Positions 9,004-18,672 of a stretch of DNA of 64,000 bases are shown here, one piece after another. The position numbers were made by a program, and so were the translations under genes. Positions within the stretch are counted from its first letter, which is position 1, and each line of letters starts with the position of its first letter. A model generated the notes under the pieces. That model saw only the letters and a list, made by a program, of their open reading frames with translations, had not been told where the DNA came from and did no database searches. This DNA comes from Mycobacterium phage prophiT49-2: the sequence record OQ417962.1. One strand, 5' to 3'.

Positions 9004-9265
9004 TTGCGGCATTTGCCGTGTCCTCCAAGTCTTGGATGTACGCCTTGCATTCACCTTGTGTCTCAGCCGCGTAAACAACCTTCAGGGCTTCACCTTTGGC
9101 TGTGCGCACGAACGCGCGCCAGAACTTCGGGGTGAACTCGGCTGTCTTCCTCTTCTGCCGGATGACATAGAGGATGTTGGCGTTTCGAGATGGGACTGCG
9201 TAGTACACGCTGTAGCCGGGGTTGTCCTTGGACACGTTGACCCACTTCAGCATCAGATCCCCCAA
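8996..9265 (-). CDS. hypothetical protein (89 aa; faint RelE/ParE-like pattern, unverified)
   Basis: ORF track. Basic small protein. Resemblance to toxin families is weak. Confidence 0.35.
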   Translation of the reverse strand: MGDLMLKWVNVSKDNPGYSVYYAVPSRNANILYVIRQKRKTAEFTPKFWRAFVRTAKGEALKVVYAAETQGECKAYIQDLEDTANAANG

Positions 9266-9528
9266 TGCTTGTTAACCCACGCGAGCTTGTCACGGCTACT
9301 GAGCACCTCGGTGCGCATGCCATTCATGGCTGCGTGCACACTCTGCAGGAGACGAGACTCAGTGGTGCAGCTAGAAATATCCACAGTCCGTTCTGTCACA
9401 ACAAATTCAGACTCGCCGCCATCGAGTAGTGCCACCAGTAGGTGTTCGGAGCTTCCCCACCTGACGCGCCACTTCCATCCCAGAAATGGGGGTGGGGGTT
9501 CGCCGTGGCGGGATTTGAGTTCACTCAT
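9253..9528 (-). CDS. hypothetical protein
   Basis: ORF track. Confidence 0.4.
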   Translation of the reverse strand: MSELKSRHGEPPPPFLGWKWRVRWGSSEHLLVALLDGGESEFVVTERTVDISSCTTESRLLQSVHAAMNGMRTEVLSSRDKLAWVNKHWGI

Positions 9529-9830
9529 GACTCCACCAACTCGTATGTCCGCTCGAAGATGTCAGGTTTGCAGGGGTAGAATTCGCCGCCAACGCCAAGG
9601 ATCACGTAGTCGAATGGCGAGATCTCCATATCACCCTCAAGGGTGCCGATCTCGAACGATCCCCAGTCCTCACCGTCAGGCCCAGGTGCACCACTCAAGG
9701 ACTCATCGCGGTATGCCGTGCCGTCATTCGCTTCAATCCACTCAAAGATGTCATCAGCGAAGTTCTCTGCGGACCACTGCATTGCCTCGATAACGAGTGG
9801 CCTTTTCCGGTATCTCTGTAGTGCGCTCAT
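9525..9830 (-). CDS. hypothetical acidic protein
   Basis: ORF track. Start at internal MSALQRYRK. Confidence 0.4.
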   Translation of the reverse strand: MSALQRYRKRPLVIEAMQWSAENFADDIFEWIEANDGTAYRDESLSGAPGPDGEDWGSFEIGTLEGDMEISPFDYVILGVGGEFYPCKPDIFERTYELVES

Positions 9831-10105
9831 GACCAGCTCACCGCCACTTGGGGGAGGAGCTCGGGCCACAAGCCCTCACCAACCACACCTTCATCGGGGA
9901 TCGTCACCGTAAGAATGCGAACATCTCCTTCAACAGACTCGGCGTAGTTCTTAGCTACGCCCTTTTTTGTGTATGAGCGACTGTTGCCTGAGTTACCAAG
10001 TGCCAGTGATGGTTTACCTCCCACAAACTTGACGAGGAGGTGTACTTGTGCGCTCACTTTGCGTTTCCCCAGTCGCATGAGAGGCCATCGCGGATGGTGA
10101 CGCAA
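9827..10105 (-). CDS. hypothetical protein
   Basis: ORF track. Start uncertain. Confidence 0.3.
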   Translation of the reverse strand: MRHHPRWPLMRLGKRKVSAQVHLLVKFVGGKPSLALGNSGNSRSYTKKGVAKNYAESVEGDVRILTVTIPDEGVVGEGLWPELLPQVAVSWS

Positions 10106-10248
10106 TAGACCGTTCGATTGTCCCTGACCTTCAGATAGAAGTCGGCGTAGTCGATGTGGGTCTGATAGTCCGTCCTGTTGTCTTCACAACCCGAGAGGGC
10201 GATGGCTACCGCTGCAAGGACTACTGCGGCCTTGCCCGGGTTAGGCAT
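10054..10248 (-). CDS. small lipoprotein (LSGC lipobox)
   Basis: Internal start MPNPGKAAVVLAAVAIALSGCEDN. Confidence 0.45.
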   Translation of the reverse strand: MPNPGKAAVVLAAVAIALSGCEDNRTDYQTHIDYADFYLKVRDNRTVYCVTIRDGLSCDWGNAK

Positions 10249-10489
10249 CGAACACCGGCACCGGGTAGAACGGTCCGTCTGGCCAGCCGTCATCGTCAAT
10301 GGTGGCCAGAAGCTCTGGGAAGCCGTCAACCCAGGTGAGCGTGCACCAATTCCTCTCGGACTTCAGGTACACCCACACTGTGCCTTCGCGGTCCACCCAG
10401 ATGTACTTACGGTGGCGCTTCCTGAGCCGTTTCACGGGCTTCAACATCTCAATCCCTTCCTTCGTGTGCTTAAAGCATATGAACGCCAA
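10241..10489 (-). CDS. hypothetical basic protein (first gene of leftward block)
   Basis: ORF track. The motif copy at 10493-10506 lies immediately upstream of its start. Confidence 0.4.
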   Translation of the reverse strand: MAFICFKHTKEGIEMLKPVKRLRKRHRKYIWVDREGTVWVYLKSERNWCTLTWVDGFPELLATIDDDGWPDGPFYPVPVFDA

Positions 10490-10492
10490 AGT

Positions 10493-10506
10493 GGTTCATG
10501 TGGGTA
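10493..10506 (+). repeat. conserved motif GGTTCATGTGGGTA (copy 1) in the divergent promoter region
   Basis: Read directly. Lies between leftward gene start 10489 and rightward gene start 10562. Confidence 0.6.
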
Positions 10507-10561
10507 GATGAAGGCTTACCTATGGAGTTTGCTGATACACTTGTAGCAGGAGGTACAGCTG

Positions 10562-10855
10562 GTGATCGCTCCGTCAATTAGCTTCGATGACAAGGCAACA
10601 AAGCCTTTGTGGAGCGATCTGACGCTTGAAGATGTTCGTGCACTCATCCGAAATGACGTAGCCGAGCTAAACCACTACCTCGACCTACAGGCGCAGGACG
10701 CAGCACTTTGTGCGGACGGAAATCGTCAGCCCAACTATCGCTTGCGGACCTACATCAAGGCCTGGGAATACGCACAGGACGCGCATTGGTCCTGGTACAG
10801 GAAGATTCGCGATGCCCGAACCACAGCAGCCCAAGGGGCTCAAGGACTGGGGTAA
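10562..10855 (+). CDS. hypothetical protein (GTG start, RBS AGGAGG 8 nt upstream)
   Basis: ORF track plus Shine-Dalgarno AGGAGG. Confidence 0.5.
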   Translation: MIAPSISFDDKATKPLWSDLTLEDVRALIRNDVAELNHYLDLQAQDAALCADGNRQPNYRLRTYIKAWEYAQDAHWSWYRKIRDARTTAAQGAQGLG

Positions 10856-11198
10856 GCATCTATGGGACGGCGTTACTGCAGGGTCAACACTGGATCCAGC
10901 CGGATACGTCCTTCTCGGTGAGGCATGCCGTACCGCTGACATCATTGAACGACTCAGTGGGGCATTGGCTTCAGGCTCGTCGGAGTGGATCCGTCTAGCT
11001 GAGGATGCTGAATACACAGCGCCTGATGCTGTTGAAATCAAGATTGTTGTGAATCCCCTTCTGGGTGAGATCCGCCAGCAGCGGCTCGCTCTGCGTCAGC
11101 TGTTGGCGCAACTGAAACTCGGAAATTCCGAGGCTAATTCGGGAGAAGTTGACGACCCCATCGCAAAGATGATGGCGGAGTTCGCTTTACCGGACTGA
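10812..11198 (+). CDS. terminase small subunit (start approximate)
   Basis: Position immediately upstream of large terminase. KGLKDWGKHLWDGV..LLAQLKL pattern typical of small terminases. Confidence 0.5.
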   Translation: MPEPQQPKGLKDWGKHLWDGVTAGSTLDPAGYVLLGEACRTADIIERLSGALASGSSEWIRLAEDAEYTAPDAVEIKIVVNPLLGEIRQQRLALRQLLAQLKLGNSEANSGEVDDPIAKMMAEFALPD

Positions 11199-11227
11199 GT
11201 ATGTAGACAAGGACGGTTGGGCCCTCA

Positions 11228-12748
11228 GTGGTTGCAACTGGTGAAGTCCGCGTTGGTGATCAGATTCCACCCAACTACTGGGTTCCAGAGTATGTCCGAT
11301 CACGCGGCGACAAAGCTATCGCATTCCTGAATGCCATTGGATACCACTTGGATCCGTGGCAGCAGTTGATCCTTCGTGACCTTCTAGGCGAACGTGAGGA
11401 TCGCAAGTGGGCTGCGCTAGAAGCGGTTCTGCTCATTCCCCGACAAAATGGCAAGACGGCGATCACCGAAGCATTGGAGATCGTCCACCTGTTCCTATTC
11501 GGAACACGTCTGATCATCCACACCGCCCACCTCTTTGATACGGCCTACGAGTCGTACCTGCGCATGGTGGACATCATTGAGGGCTGTCCTGCTCTCGACA
11601 AGTACGTTCGATCGAAGCCTTCCGCCAACGGCAAGGTTGGCATCATCCTGAATAACGGTGCGCGCCTACTCTATAAGGCTCGCGGCACCGGCCAGGGCCG
11701 AGGCTTCTCGGGCGATCTAGTTGTGCTAGATGAGGCATACGACCTCGATCCCGACATGGTCGCGGCCTTGATCCCCGCATTGTCGGCGCGTAAAAACCCC
11801 CAGGTTATTTACACCTCTTCTACGGGTAACGAAGACTCAGCGGTCCTTATCAAGGCTCGCGAGCGTGGCATGGACCACCATCCTCGTATCGCCCTGTTCG
11901 AATGGTGTGCGGACGCTGGCTGCAAGCTCGATGACATCGAGCAGTGGTACAAGTCGAACCCCGCGTTGGGAATCCGCCTCACCGAGGAGTGGATTGCGAA
12001 CGTTGAGCGCGGCTCGATGGACGACAAGAAGTTCGCCCGCGAGCGCCTCGGCCTGTGGCACGACAACTCGATCAAGTCTCCTATCGATGCCGAGCTCTGG
12101 AAGTCCCGTTGTCGCTGCGCCGGTTTGGTTCATTCCGAGCATTCCGAACTTGGCGTCTCCCAGATCACTTCACGCATCGTCCTTGCTGTTGATGCAGCAC
12201 CAGATCGCTCTAATGCCACGATCGGCCTGGCTGGCTACACAGCTGACGGCAAGAAGCAGGTTGAGGTCGAGTCGAGCGAGCGCGGCATCTCCTGGTGTGT
12301 TGAGGCGATTGATCAGATCTACAAGGCGAAGAATTCGCCGACGCCACTTGCTGTTTGCATTCAGTCAGGAGCACGCGCGGGTGCACTGATTCCTGAGCTT
12401 GAAGCCCTTGGCATCGAAGTAATTCCGTTCGGCACTAAGGAGATTATTGCCGCGACTGGGTTCTTCTATGACTCGGTTGAGGATGGCTCCCTTATCCACC
12501 TTGGCGATCCCACGATCACTGTCGGCCTGGCCGGGGCCCGCAAATACAACCTCGGCGGCAAAGTCAGCAACGCCATTGACGAGGGCGAATACAACGGCTG
12601 GGGCTGGTCCCGAGCCGATACCACCGTCGACATCACCGGAGTCTGCGCCATCTCCTACGCCCTATGGGGGCTGAACATGCTGCGTTCCAAGGCGATTGTC
12701 GAAAAGAAGCACTACGAGGGTAAGCCTCGTGGGGGAGGACTTTGGTGA
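11228..12748 (+). CDS. terminase large subunit
   Basis: 506 aa. Walker A-like IPRQNGKT. Synteny with portal. Confidence 0.8.
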   Translation: MVATGEVRVGDQIPPNYWVPEYVRSRGDKAIAFLNAIGYHLDPWQQLILRDLLGEREDRKWAALEAVLLIPRQNGKTAITEALEIVHLFLFGTRLIIHTAHLFDTAYESYLRMVDIIEGCPALDKYVRSKPSANGKVGIILNNGARLLYKARGTGQGRGFSGDLVVLDEAYDLDPDMVAALIPALSARKNPQVIYTSSTGNEDSAVLIKARERGMDHHPRIALFEWCADAGCKLDDIEQWYKSNPALGIRLTEEWIANVERGSMDDKKFARERLGLWHDNSIKSPIDAELWKSRCRCAGLVHSEHSELGVSQITSRIVLAVDAAPDRSNATIGLAGYTADGKKQVEVESSERGISWCVEAIDQIYKAKNSPTPLAVCIQSGARAGALIPELEALGIEVIPFGTKEIIAATGFFYDSVEDGSLIHLGDPTITVGLAGARKYNLGGKVSNAIDEGEYNGWGWSRADTTVDITGVCAISYALWGLNMLRSKAIVEKKHYEGKPRGGGLW

Positions 12749-14307
12749 GCGTCTACCAGAGCGACGTCTACTACCAGTCAGACGTATACGCACCCGAATT
12801 CTGCCCTGCGCCAGTTGATCTTCCAGATCCTTCGCTGTCGGGTAAGGCGCTGGAAACCTTCATCACCAAGAAGGTGTTTCCCGCATTCGAGCTCGAGCGT
12901 GGCCGACTTGCCCATCTTGAATCCTGGGGTGCCGGTAAGCAGCCGTCTGTACGGCCACTGAAGCGCAACACTGAGCGCGCGGTGCTACAGCGAATGGCTC
13001 GCACTCCATGGATCCCAGTGATGATCTCCACCTTCGCCCAGCAGATGATCGTTGACGGTTATCGCAAGGAAGGCGAGACGGAGAACTCTGAAGGATGGAA
13101 GTCCTGGGTTCGCAACAAGATGACCGCGCAGCAGATCTCCCTGAACCGCGCTGTGATGACCTACGGATACGCCTACGTTCGCGTCACCGAGGGTGTTGAT
13201 GAGACCAGCAAGGTCATGGCGATCATGCGCGCCGTTGACCCTATGGATTGCTTCGCTCTTTACGACGATCCGTACGCTGACGAGTACCCCCAGTTCGTTC
13301 TGGAGAAGCTTCCTCAGAAGGGCAAGTACCGCTGGTGGCTTCCCAATGGTGACTTCATCCCATTGACTTTCGATAAGGGCAAGTTCGGCGCAGGGACGCT
13401 CGAGAACACCAAGTACGGCACGCCACCGTTCGTCCGCTACGTCAACCAGATCGACCTGCGGGGTCGCTGCTGGGGTGATGTGGAGTCGGTTATTGATCTG
13501 GCGGCCCGCATTGACAAGACGGTGTTCGACCGCCTCCTGGTTCAGCACTTCAACAGTTTCAAGGTTCGTTGGGCTACTGGTCTAGAACAGCCAGATACCT
13601 CGGACGAGGTCGAAGAGACCAAGATCCGCATTGGGCACGAGGACATCCTCATCTCCTCGGAGGCGCAGGCCCGGTTCGGCACCCTTGATGAGACCTCAAT
13701 GGACGGCTTTATTGCCGCCTACAAGGCTGATCTAGAGACTTTCGCGGCAGTCATGCAGCTGCCACCCAACCTGCTCGGCCAGGTCGTGAATGTGGCTGCT
13801 GACGCACTCGATGGTGCTCGTAAGCAGACCTACCAGCGCCTGTTCGAGAAGCAGACCGTCATGGGTGAGTCGCACGCCCAGGTGCTCCGTCTTGCCGCCC
13901 TGATTGAGGGACGTGAGGAGGATGCATCTGACTTTTTCGCACGCGTCCACTGGCAGGACGTCGAGGTTCGCTCGCTGGCTCAGTTCGCTGACGCGTGGGG
14001 CAAGATCTGCTCGCAGCTCGGAGTTCCGAAGATCGCCGCATGGCATCGCATCCCTGGTGTTGAGCAGACCGAGGTCGAGGCCTGGGAGAAGAAGGCTCTT
14101 GATGACGATCCGCTCACCACGTACTTGCGCGAGGTTGTGGGTGTAACCACCACTTCGGTAGGCGTGGATTCGAAGACCGGCAAGCCAGAGCCTCCACCGG
14201 CAGCGCCCAACCCAGGTGGCCCGGGTGGCGGTGGGCCCAACAACCCAACCAACCAGAGGCCGCTGAACAACAAGACGGGCGTCTCGCGGGGAATGGCTAG
14301 TAAGTGA
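12742..14307 (+). CDS. portal protein
   Basis: 521 aa, immediately after terminase. Gly/Pro-rich C-terminus. Confidence 0.75.
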   Translation: MVSVYQSDVYYQSDVYAPEFCPAPVDLPDPSLSGKALETFITKKVFPAFELERGRLAHLESWGAGKQPSVRPLKRNTERAVLQRMARTPWIPVMISTFAQQMIVDGYRKEGETENSEGWKSWVRNKMTAQQISLNRAVMTYGYAYVRVTEGVDETSKVMAIMRAVDPMDCFALYDDPYADEYPQFVLEKLPQKGKYRWWLPNGDFIPLTFDKGKFGAGTLENTKYGTPPFVRYVNQIDLRGRCWGDVESVIDLAARIDKTVFDRLLVQHFNSFKVRWATGLEQPDTSDEVEETKIRIGHEDILISSEAQARFGTLDETSMDGFIAAYKADLETFAAVMQLPPNLLGQVVNVAADALDGARKQTYQRLFEKQTVMGESHAQVLRLAALIEGREEDASDFFARVHWQDVEVRSLAQFADAWGKICSQLGVPKIAAWHRIPGVEQTEVEAWEKKALDDDPLTTYLREVVGVTTTSVGVDSKTGKPEPPPAAPNPGGPGGGGPNNPTNQRPLNNKTGVSRGMASK

Positions 14308-15425
14308 CCGCGCCCCAGGAGCAGGGGAGCGGACTAAAGGCCCTTGAGGCATACATCGCCTATCGCACACTGAAACACAGCGAGGACCAGGACGCCATCG
14401 CGGCAGGGCTGGCTTTGAAGCTCTACCCAATTTGGCTGATTCAGCGATTCGATGAGCTGGACAGGACCACGCCCCTCTGGGTGAGCTCAGCACTCCCGCT
14501 GGTGAAGACCGCCTACCTGCAGTCTCAGAGGGCCGCAGCTGTGTTCGCGAGTGACGTTCGCAACGCAACACTGTCGACTGAGGACTTCCTGCCTATGGAT
14601 GTGCCAGTCGTAGAGGTTCCAAGCAACATCTCGCCATTGCGGTTCTCGGACAGCCTGATTCCTTCCGTGTCACTGGAACATCAGCCTCTGGTTGAGTTCG
14701 ATCCCTTTCCTGAAAAGGATGTCGCCACATCGCTGGTGATCAACGGCAACTACGAGATCAAAGCTTCGATGCCGGGTCCTCAAGAGGATCTGATGTACAG
14801 CGGGTTGTCTAACTCTTCGGGTGCCGCGATCCGCCAGGCGATGAACGGTGGCCGGAATGTCACGGGCAACGTGGTGTACACCGATCGCAAGATCATCGGC
14901 TATGCACGCGTGACCGATGGCAACCCCTGTTGGTTCTGCGCCCTATTGGCAAGTAGGGGAGCGGTTTTCCGAAAGAGTTCGTTCAAGGGTGGCCGAGCTA
15001 ATCCTTGGAACGGATCCCTAACCAAGGGAGACCAGGACTTCATCGCACCGAAGGATGGACCAGAGTTGCCCGAAGGCTTCTCGAATGTCGCCAAGGTGCA
15101 CAACCACTGCCGCTGCCAGTTGCGTCCGGTCTATGCGCGTGAGAAGTCGTTCGGACAGAAGCACGAAGCGATCCGCGACGAAGAGGCTCAGTTCTATTTC
15201 GATCAGTGGGACAAGGTTTCCCGCGAATGGTACTGGCTATCAAACAAAGATCAGGCCGCGAAGTTCCGCGAGCAGTACACCCCTTTCAAGCGCACCACAC
15301 CCGATCTAGGCAAGGTGCGCAAAGAACTTGAGAGCCGATCGCGAGCTCTCCTCGGCGCAGGATTCAGCCGTAATTCTCCCCAGGTGGAGTGGGCGAACAC
15401 GCGTCTTTCGCAACTGGCTGCGTAG
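14304..15425 (+). CDS. MuF-like head morphogenesis / minor capsid protein
   Basis: 373 aa after portal. Contains CWFC and HNHCRCQ motifs typical of MuF-like proteins. Confidence 0.6.
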   Translation: MTAPQEQGSGLKALEAYIAYRTLKHSEDQDAIAAGLALKLYPIWLIQRFDELDRTTPLWVSSALPLVKTAYLQSQRAAAVFASDVRNATLSTEDFLPMDVPVVEVPSNISPLRFSDSLIPSVSLEHQPLVEFDPFPEKDVATSLVINGNYEIKASMPGPQEDLMYSGLSNSSGAAIRQAMNGGRNVTGNVVYTDRKIIGYARVTDGNPCWFCALLASRGAVFRKSSFKGGRANPWNGSLTKGDQDFIAPKDGPELPEGFSNVAKVHNHCRCQLRPVYAREKSFGQKHEAIRDEEAQFYFDQWDKVSREWYWLSNKDQAAKFREQYTPFKRTTPDLGKVRKELESRSRALLGAGFSRNSPQVEWANTRLSQLAA

Positions 15426-15476
15426 CCAGGACGGTTTCACGAACGACCGAAAACGGTTCGGAGAGAAGAGAATGCA

Positions 15477-16223
15477 GTGAGCGAATCACTGATGCCCATT
15501 CACCCAACCACCGGCCTTCAGGCTATTGGTTTCACCTCGCGCGGCCCTATCTGGCCCATCATGGGCGGGTCCGAGGATGCCGGGAATGACGCTGGGGCAG
15601 GCGACGATTCCGGCAATGACGGAGCGGATATCACCCCTCCTGTGGCAAACAACTGGTGGAGCTTCGAAAGCAAGGAAGCCGCTACCGAGTGGGGAAACAA
15701 GCTGGTCACTGACCGCCTCGCGCGTGATCGCAAGAATAAGCTCGATCCCCTTACCGCTGAGCGTGATACACTAAAGGCAGAGGTAGAGCGCCTCAAGCAG
15801 TTTGAGGCAGCCGGTCAGACCGACGCGCAGCGTTGGGAGGCCGAAAAGGCCACTCTGGCAAATGAGCTTCAGCAGCTCCGCGAATTCAAAGCATCTACCG
15901 ATCGCAACAATCTCGCGCGTGAGATCGCCGAAGAGATTGGACTTCCAGTCCGATTCGCCTCCCGCATCACGGGAGATGACGAAGATGCGATGCGTGCCGA
16001 CGCACAAGAACTACTCGACGTCCTGAGTGAGGGCGGGTCAAACACCAAGAAGACGCCTGCGCAGAAGGCTCCGAAAGATACTGCGCCACAGGGCGATGGA
16101 CCTCGTAAGGGTCAGAGTGGTGGAGGCGGGTCCAGTGAGGACTCGGACGAGGCGATGACCGCATCGATCCTCGATCAGATCAAGCAGGACCGCGAGCGCG
16201 GTGGGCTCACCACTCGACGCTAA
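15477..16223 (+). CDS. scaffolding protein
   Basis: Acidic N-terminus, long coiled coil (LKAEVERLKQFEAAGQ..ANELQQLREFK), position before the major capsid gene. Confidence 0.7.
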   Translation: MSESLMPIHPTTGLQAIGFTSRGPIWPIMGGSEDAGNDAGAGDDSGNDGADITPPVANNWWSFESKEAATEWGNKLVTDRLARDRKNKLDPLTAERDTLKAEVERLKQFEAAGQTDAQRWEAEKATLANELQQLREFKASTDRNNLAREIAEEIGLPVRFASRITGDDEDAMRADAQELLDVLSEGGSNTKKTPAQKAPKDTAPQGDGPRKGQSGGGGSSEDSDEAMTASILDQIKQDRERGGLTTRR

Positions 16224-16260
16224 CCCGGTTTCCCTTTAATCCAAGGACATTTCGTAGCTT

Positions 16261-17403
16261 ATGGCTAACGCATTCCTGAAGCCGACCGTGATCATTAACA
16301 CGATCCTCGGCATGCTGCAGTCGGAACTTGTTCTCCCACACTTCGTGTGGAAGGACGGTTTGGGTGACTTCAGTGGCAAGTACAACGACACGATCACCAT
16401 CCGCATCCCGCAGCCAACTATCGCTCACACGCGCAAGCTTCGCGCGACTGGGCAGGACCGTCTTATGCAGGTCAGCGACCTGACTGAGACCTCGGTCGAC
16501 GTCCGTCTGAACGACGTGGTGTACAACCTAATCGCTCTGACCGATGAGGAGCGCGAGCTTGACGTTCGCAGCTTCGCTGTGGACGTTCTGCCGCGTCAGG
16601 TTCGCTCTGTTAGCGAGAAGCTCGAGGCCGGTGTCGCGACCACCATTGTCGACGCCCCGTATCAGCAGGTGCACACCGCTGCTGTGGATGCGATCTACAA
16701 CGCGGTGATCCACGCCCGTCGTCAGCTTAATGACGCTTTCGTTCCCCGTGAGGGACGCGTCCTTCTTGTCGGATCGGCTGTCGAAGAGGCCCTGCTTCTT
16801 GATGACCGTTTTGTGCGTTACGACTCGGCAGGACAGGCTGGCGCTGACCGCCTGACCAACGCCCGTATCGGTCGTCTGGCCGGATATGACGTGGTTGTGG
16901 TGGACACCATCCCCCATGGTGCGGCGTTCCTGTTCCATCCAACTGCCTTCGTGCTGGTTACCCGCGCACCTGGTAAGCCGTTCTCCAACAACGTCGCTGT
17001 ATCGACTGTTGGTTCCGACAATGGAATTGGCCTGCGTTGGCTGGGCGACTACGACTCGCAGATCACTACTGACCGTTCGTTGGTCGACACCTGGGCCGGA
17101 TACAAGGCCGTGGTCGATCCCGATCCCGGGTTTGTCCGCGCAGCACGTATCCAGCTAGCCACAACGTCGGTTGCCATCGGCAACAAGGGCGACGTGGCTG
17201 TAGGTGCGACTCGCGCGCTGTCGTTGGTTGATTCCAACCTGGACAACCGTGCCGGTGACTCGATGGTCACTTGGGTCTCGGACACCCCTGCCAAGGCGAC
17301 CGTTGACGTGAACGGCGTCGTGACTGGTGTGGCAGCAGGTACCGCCAAGATCACCGCGACTATCGGTGCGGTTACGGACAACTACACCATCACTGTCGCC
17401 TGA
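16261..17403 (+). CDS. major capsid protein with C-terminal Big_2 (bacterial Ig-like) domain
   Basis: 380 aa after scaffold. C-terminus VTWVSDTPAKATVDVNGVVTGVAAGTAKITATIG..YTITVA is Big_2-like. Confidence 0.75.
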   Translation: MANAFLKPTVIINTILGMLQSELVLPHFVWKDGLGDFSGKYNDTITIRIPQPTIAHTRKLRATGQDRLMQVSDLTETSVDVRLNDVVYNLIALTDEERELDVRSFAVDVLPRQVRSVSEKLEAGVATTIVDAPYQQVHTAAVDAIYNAVIHARRQLNDAFVPREGRVLLVGSAVEEALLLDDRFVRYDSAGQAGADRLTNARIGRLAGYDVVVVDTIPHGAAFLFHPTAFVLVTRAPGKPFSNNVAVSTVGSDNGIGLRWLGDYDSQITTDRSLVDTWAGYKAVVDPDPGFVRAARIQLATTSVAIGNKGDVAVGATRALSLVDSNLDNRAGDSMVTWVSDTPAKATVDVNGVVTGVAAGTAKITATIGAVTDNYTITVA

Positions 17404-17415
17404 TCGGGAGGCAAG

Positions 17416-17895
17416 ATGGCCGACGATTTTCCCGACCAGCTTGCCACCGCAGATGAGCTAGCCACCTGGATGGGCGTCGTCTTCGATGACGACGACAAGG
17501 CCCGCGCGAGGTTCATCCTCCGCGTGGCCTCCGGGTGGGCTCGAATGATCTCGGGCAAGCTTTGGCCGGATCGTGACACGGTTTCTGTGACAGTTCGCGG
17601 CATTGTCGCCGCAGCTGCGCGCAGGGAGTTCGAGAACCCCCGCCACGTCACCTACGAGGTCAAGGGCCCCGAGTCCGCTTCGTACGACCGTCTCGCATAC
17701 CCGAACGGGTTCTTTACAGACGCTGAGAAGGCCTTTCTCCAGAAGTACCGCCCTAGCGGACAGCTCTGGGTGCAGGGGACTTGTCGAGATGACATGGACA
17801 TGGTTCTCGGCTACGTGCGAATCCTCGGTTTCGACAAGCCACTTCCTTATTTCAACCCTTGGGATCCGGGGTGGATGGAGAGCGAGCACCTGTGA
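17416..17895 (+). CDS. head-to-tail adaptor/connector
   Basis: Synteny. Confidence 0.5.
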   Translation: MADDFPDQLATADELATWMGVVFDDDDKARARFILRVASGWARMISGKLWPDRDTVSVTVRGIVAAAARREFENPRHVTYEVKGPESASYDRLAYPNGFFTDAEKAFLQKYRPSGQLWVQGTCRDDMDMVLGYVRILGFDKPLPYFNPWDPGWMESEHL

Positions 17896-18266
17896 TTCGG
17901 CGCGGCTCGCTGTCAGCGAAGGTCTACCGGGCAGTACATAGCCGTGATGAGCACGGAGATCCGATTGACGAGCACGGCAATGTTATTCGCCTTGAAGGCG
18001 GCGTTGGGTGTATCGGAACCGTCTACGGATTGATCATGGGTGGACAGGCTCCATTTTCCTCCCTGGATCGCCAAGAGTCCTCGAATACCACTGGCCAGAT
18101 TGGGATCCCGAACAAGAACGCCATCAAGGTGAAGTTCGGTGACCGCCTAGTCATGAATGAAGTGAAGTACAAGGTTACTTCGACCGGCATGTGGGACTAC
18201 CCGCAGCTGATGACCGGTACTCCACCTGAATATCACTGGGTGACTGTAGATGCCACCATCAACTGA
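17859..18266 (+). CDS. head-tail connector protein (start uncertain)
   Basis: Synteny. Confidence 0.45.
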   Translation: MGSGVDGERAPVIRRGSLSAKVYRAVHSRDEHGDPIDEHGNVIRLEGGVGCIGTVYGLIMGGQAPFSSLDRQESSNTTGQIGIPNKNAIKVKFGDRLVMNEVKYKVTSTGMWDYPQLMTGTPPEYHWVTVDATIN

Positions 18267-18672
18267 CGCTGACAAGGGCTATCCGCTCGAACGTCACGCC
18301 GAGGGTGGGCTCGCCTACTTTTATAAAGATCCGAACCCGGCTCTCGCGCAAATCCTTGTAGGGACACGACTTCATGCGCTAACTGGCGAGTACACCGCCA
18401 AGGTCGCAGTGAACTACGTGACCAGTCTTGAGGCTCGACCCAAGCAGCAGAGCGACCGTCACCCGGGCGCTATGGCTGGTGCCGTTTCTGCCGAGGTGTT
18501 CATCGGTGGATACAAGACTGACCGCTGGATTGGCCAAATCACTGTTGGAGTGCGTTACGCGCTCGCAGATGAGATGGGCCGTAAGAACCCATCTGAGGGC
18601 CAGCACGGATCCATTTATCAGGGTTCGGGAGCGCTTCGCTCAGCCCTCTACGCAGAATTGCCGCCTCTATGA
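18250..18672 (+). CDS. head-tail joining / tail terminator-like protein
   Basis: Synteny. Confidence 0.45.
   Translation: MPPSTDADKGYPLERHAEGGLAYFYKDPNPALAQILVGTRLHALTGEYTAKVAVNYVTSLEARPKQQSDRHPGAMAGAVSAEVFIGGYKTDRWIGQITVGVRYALADEMGRKNPSEGQHGSIYQGSGALRSALYAELPPL

Noticed and set aside
10493-10506. Reading the GGTTCATGTGGGTR motif as an RBS-replacing start-associated sequence at every copy, or as a short MWV... peptide gene
   Set aside because: Only three copies or variants coincide with credible start codons. The + orientation copies give 25-33-aa MWV ORFs that are neither conserved nor coupled.
14304-15425. Calling 14304..15425 the capsid maturation protease
   Set aside because: The Cys/His motifs (CWFC, HNHCRCQ) and size fit MuF-like minor capsid proteins better than a serine-protease catalytic triad. 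No confident protease motif was seen.
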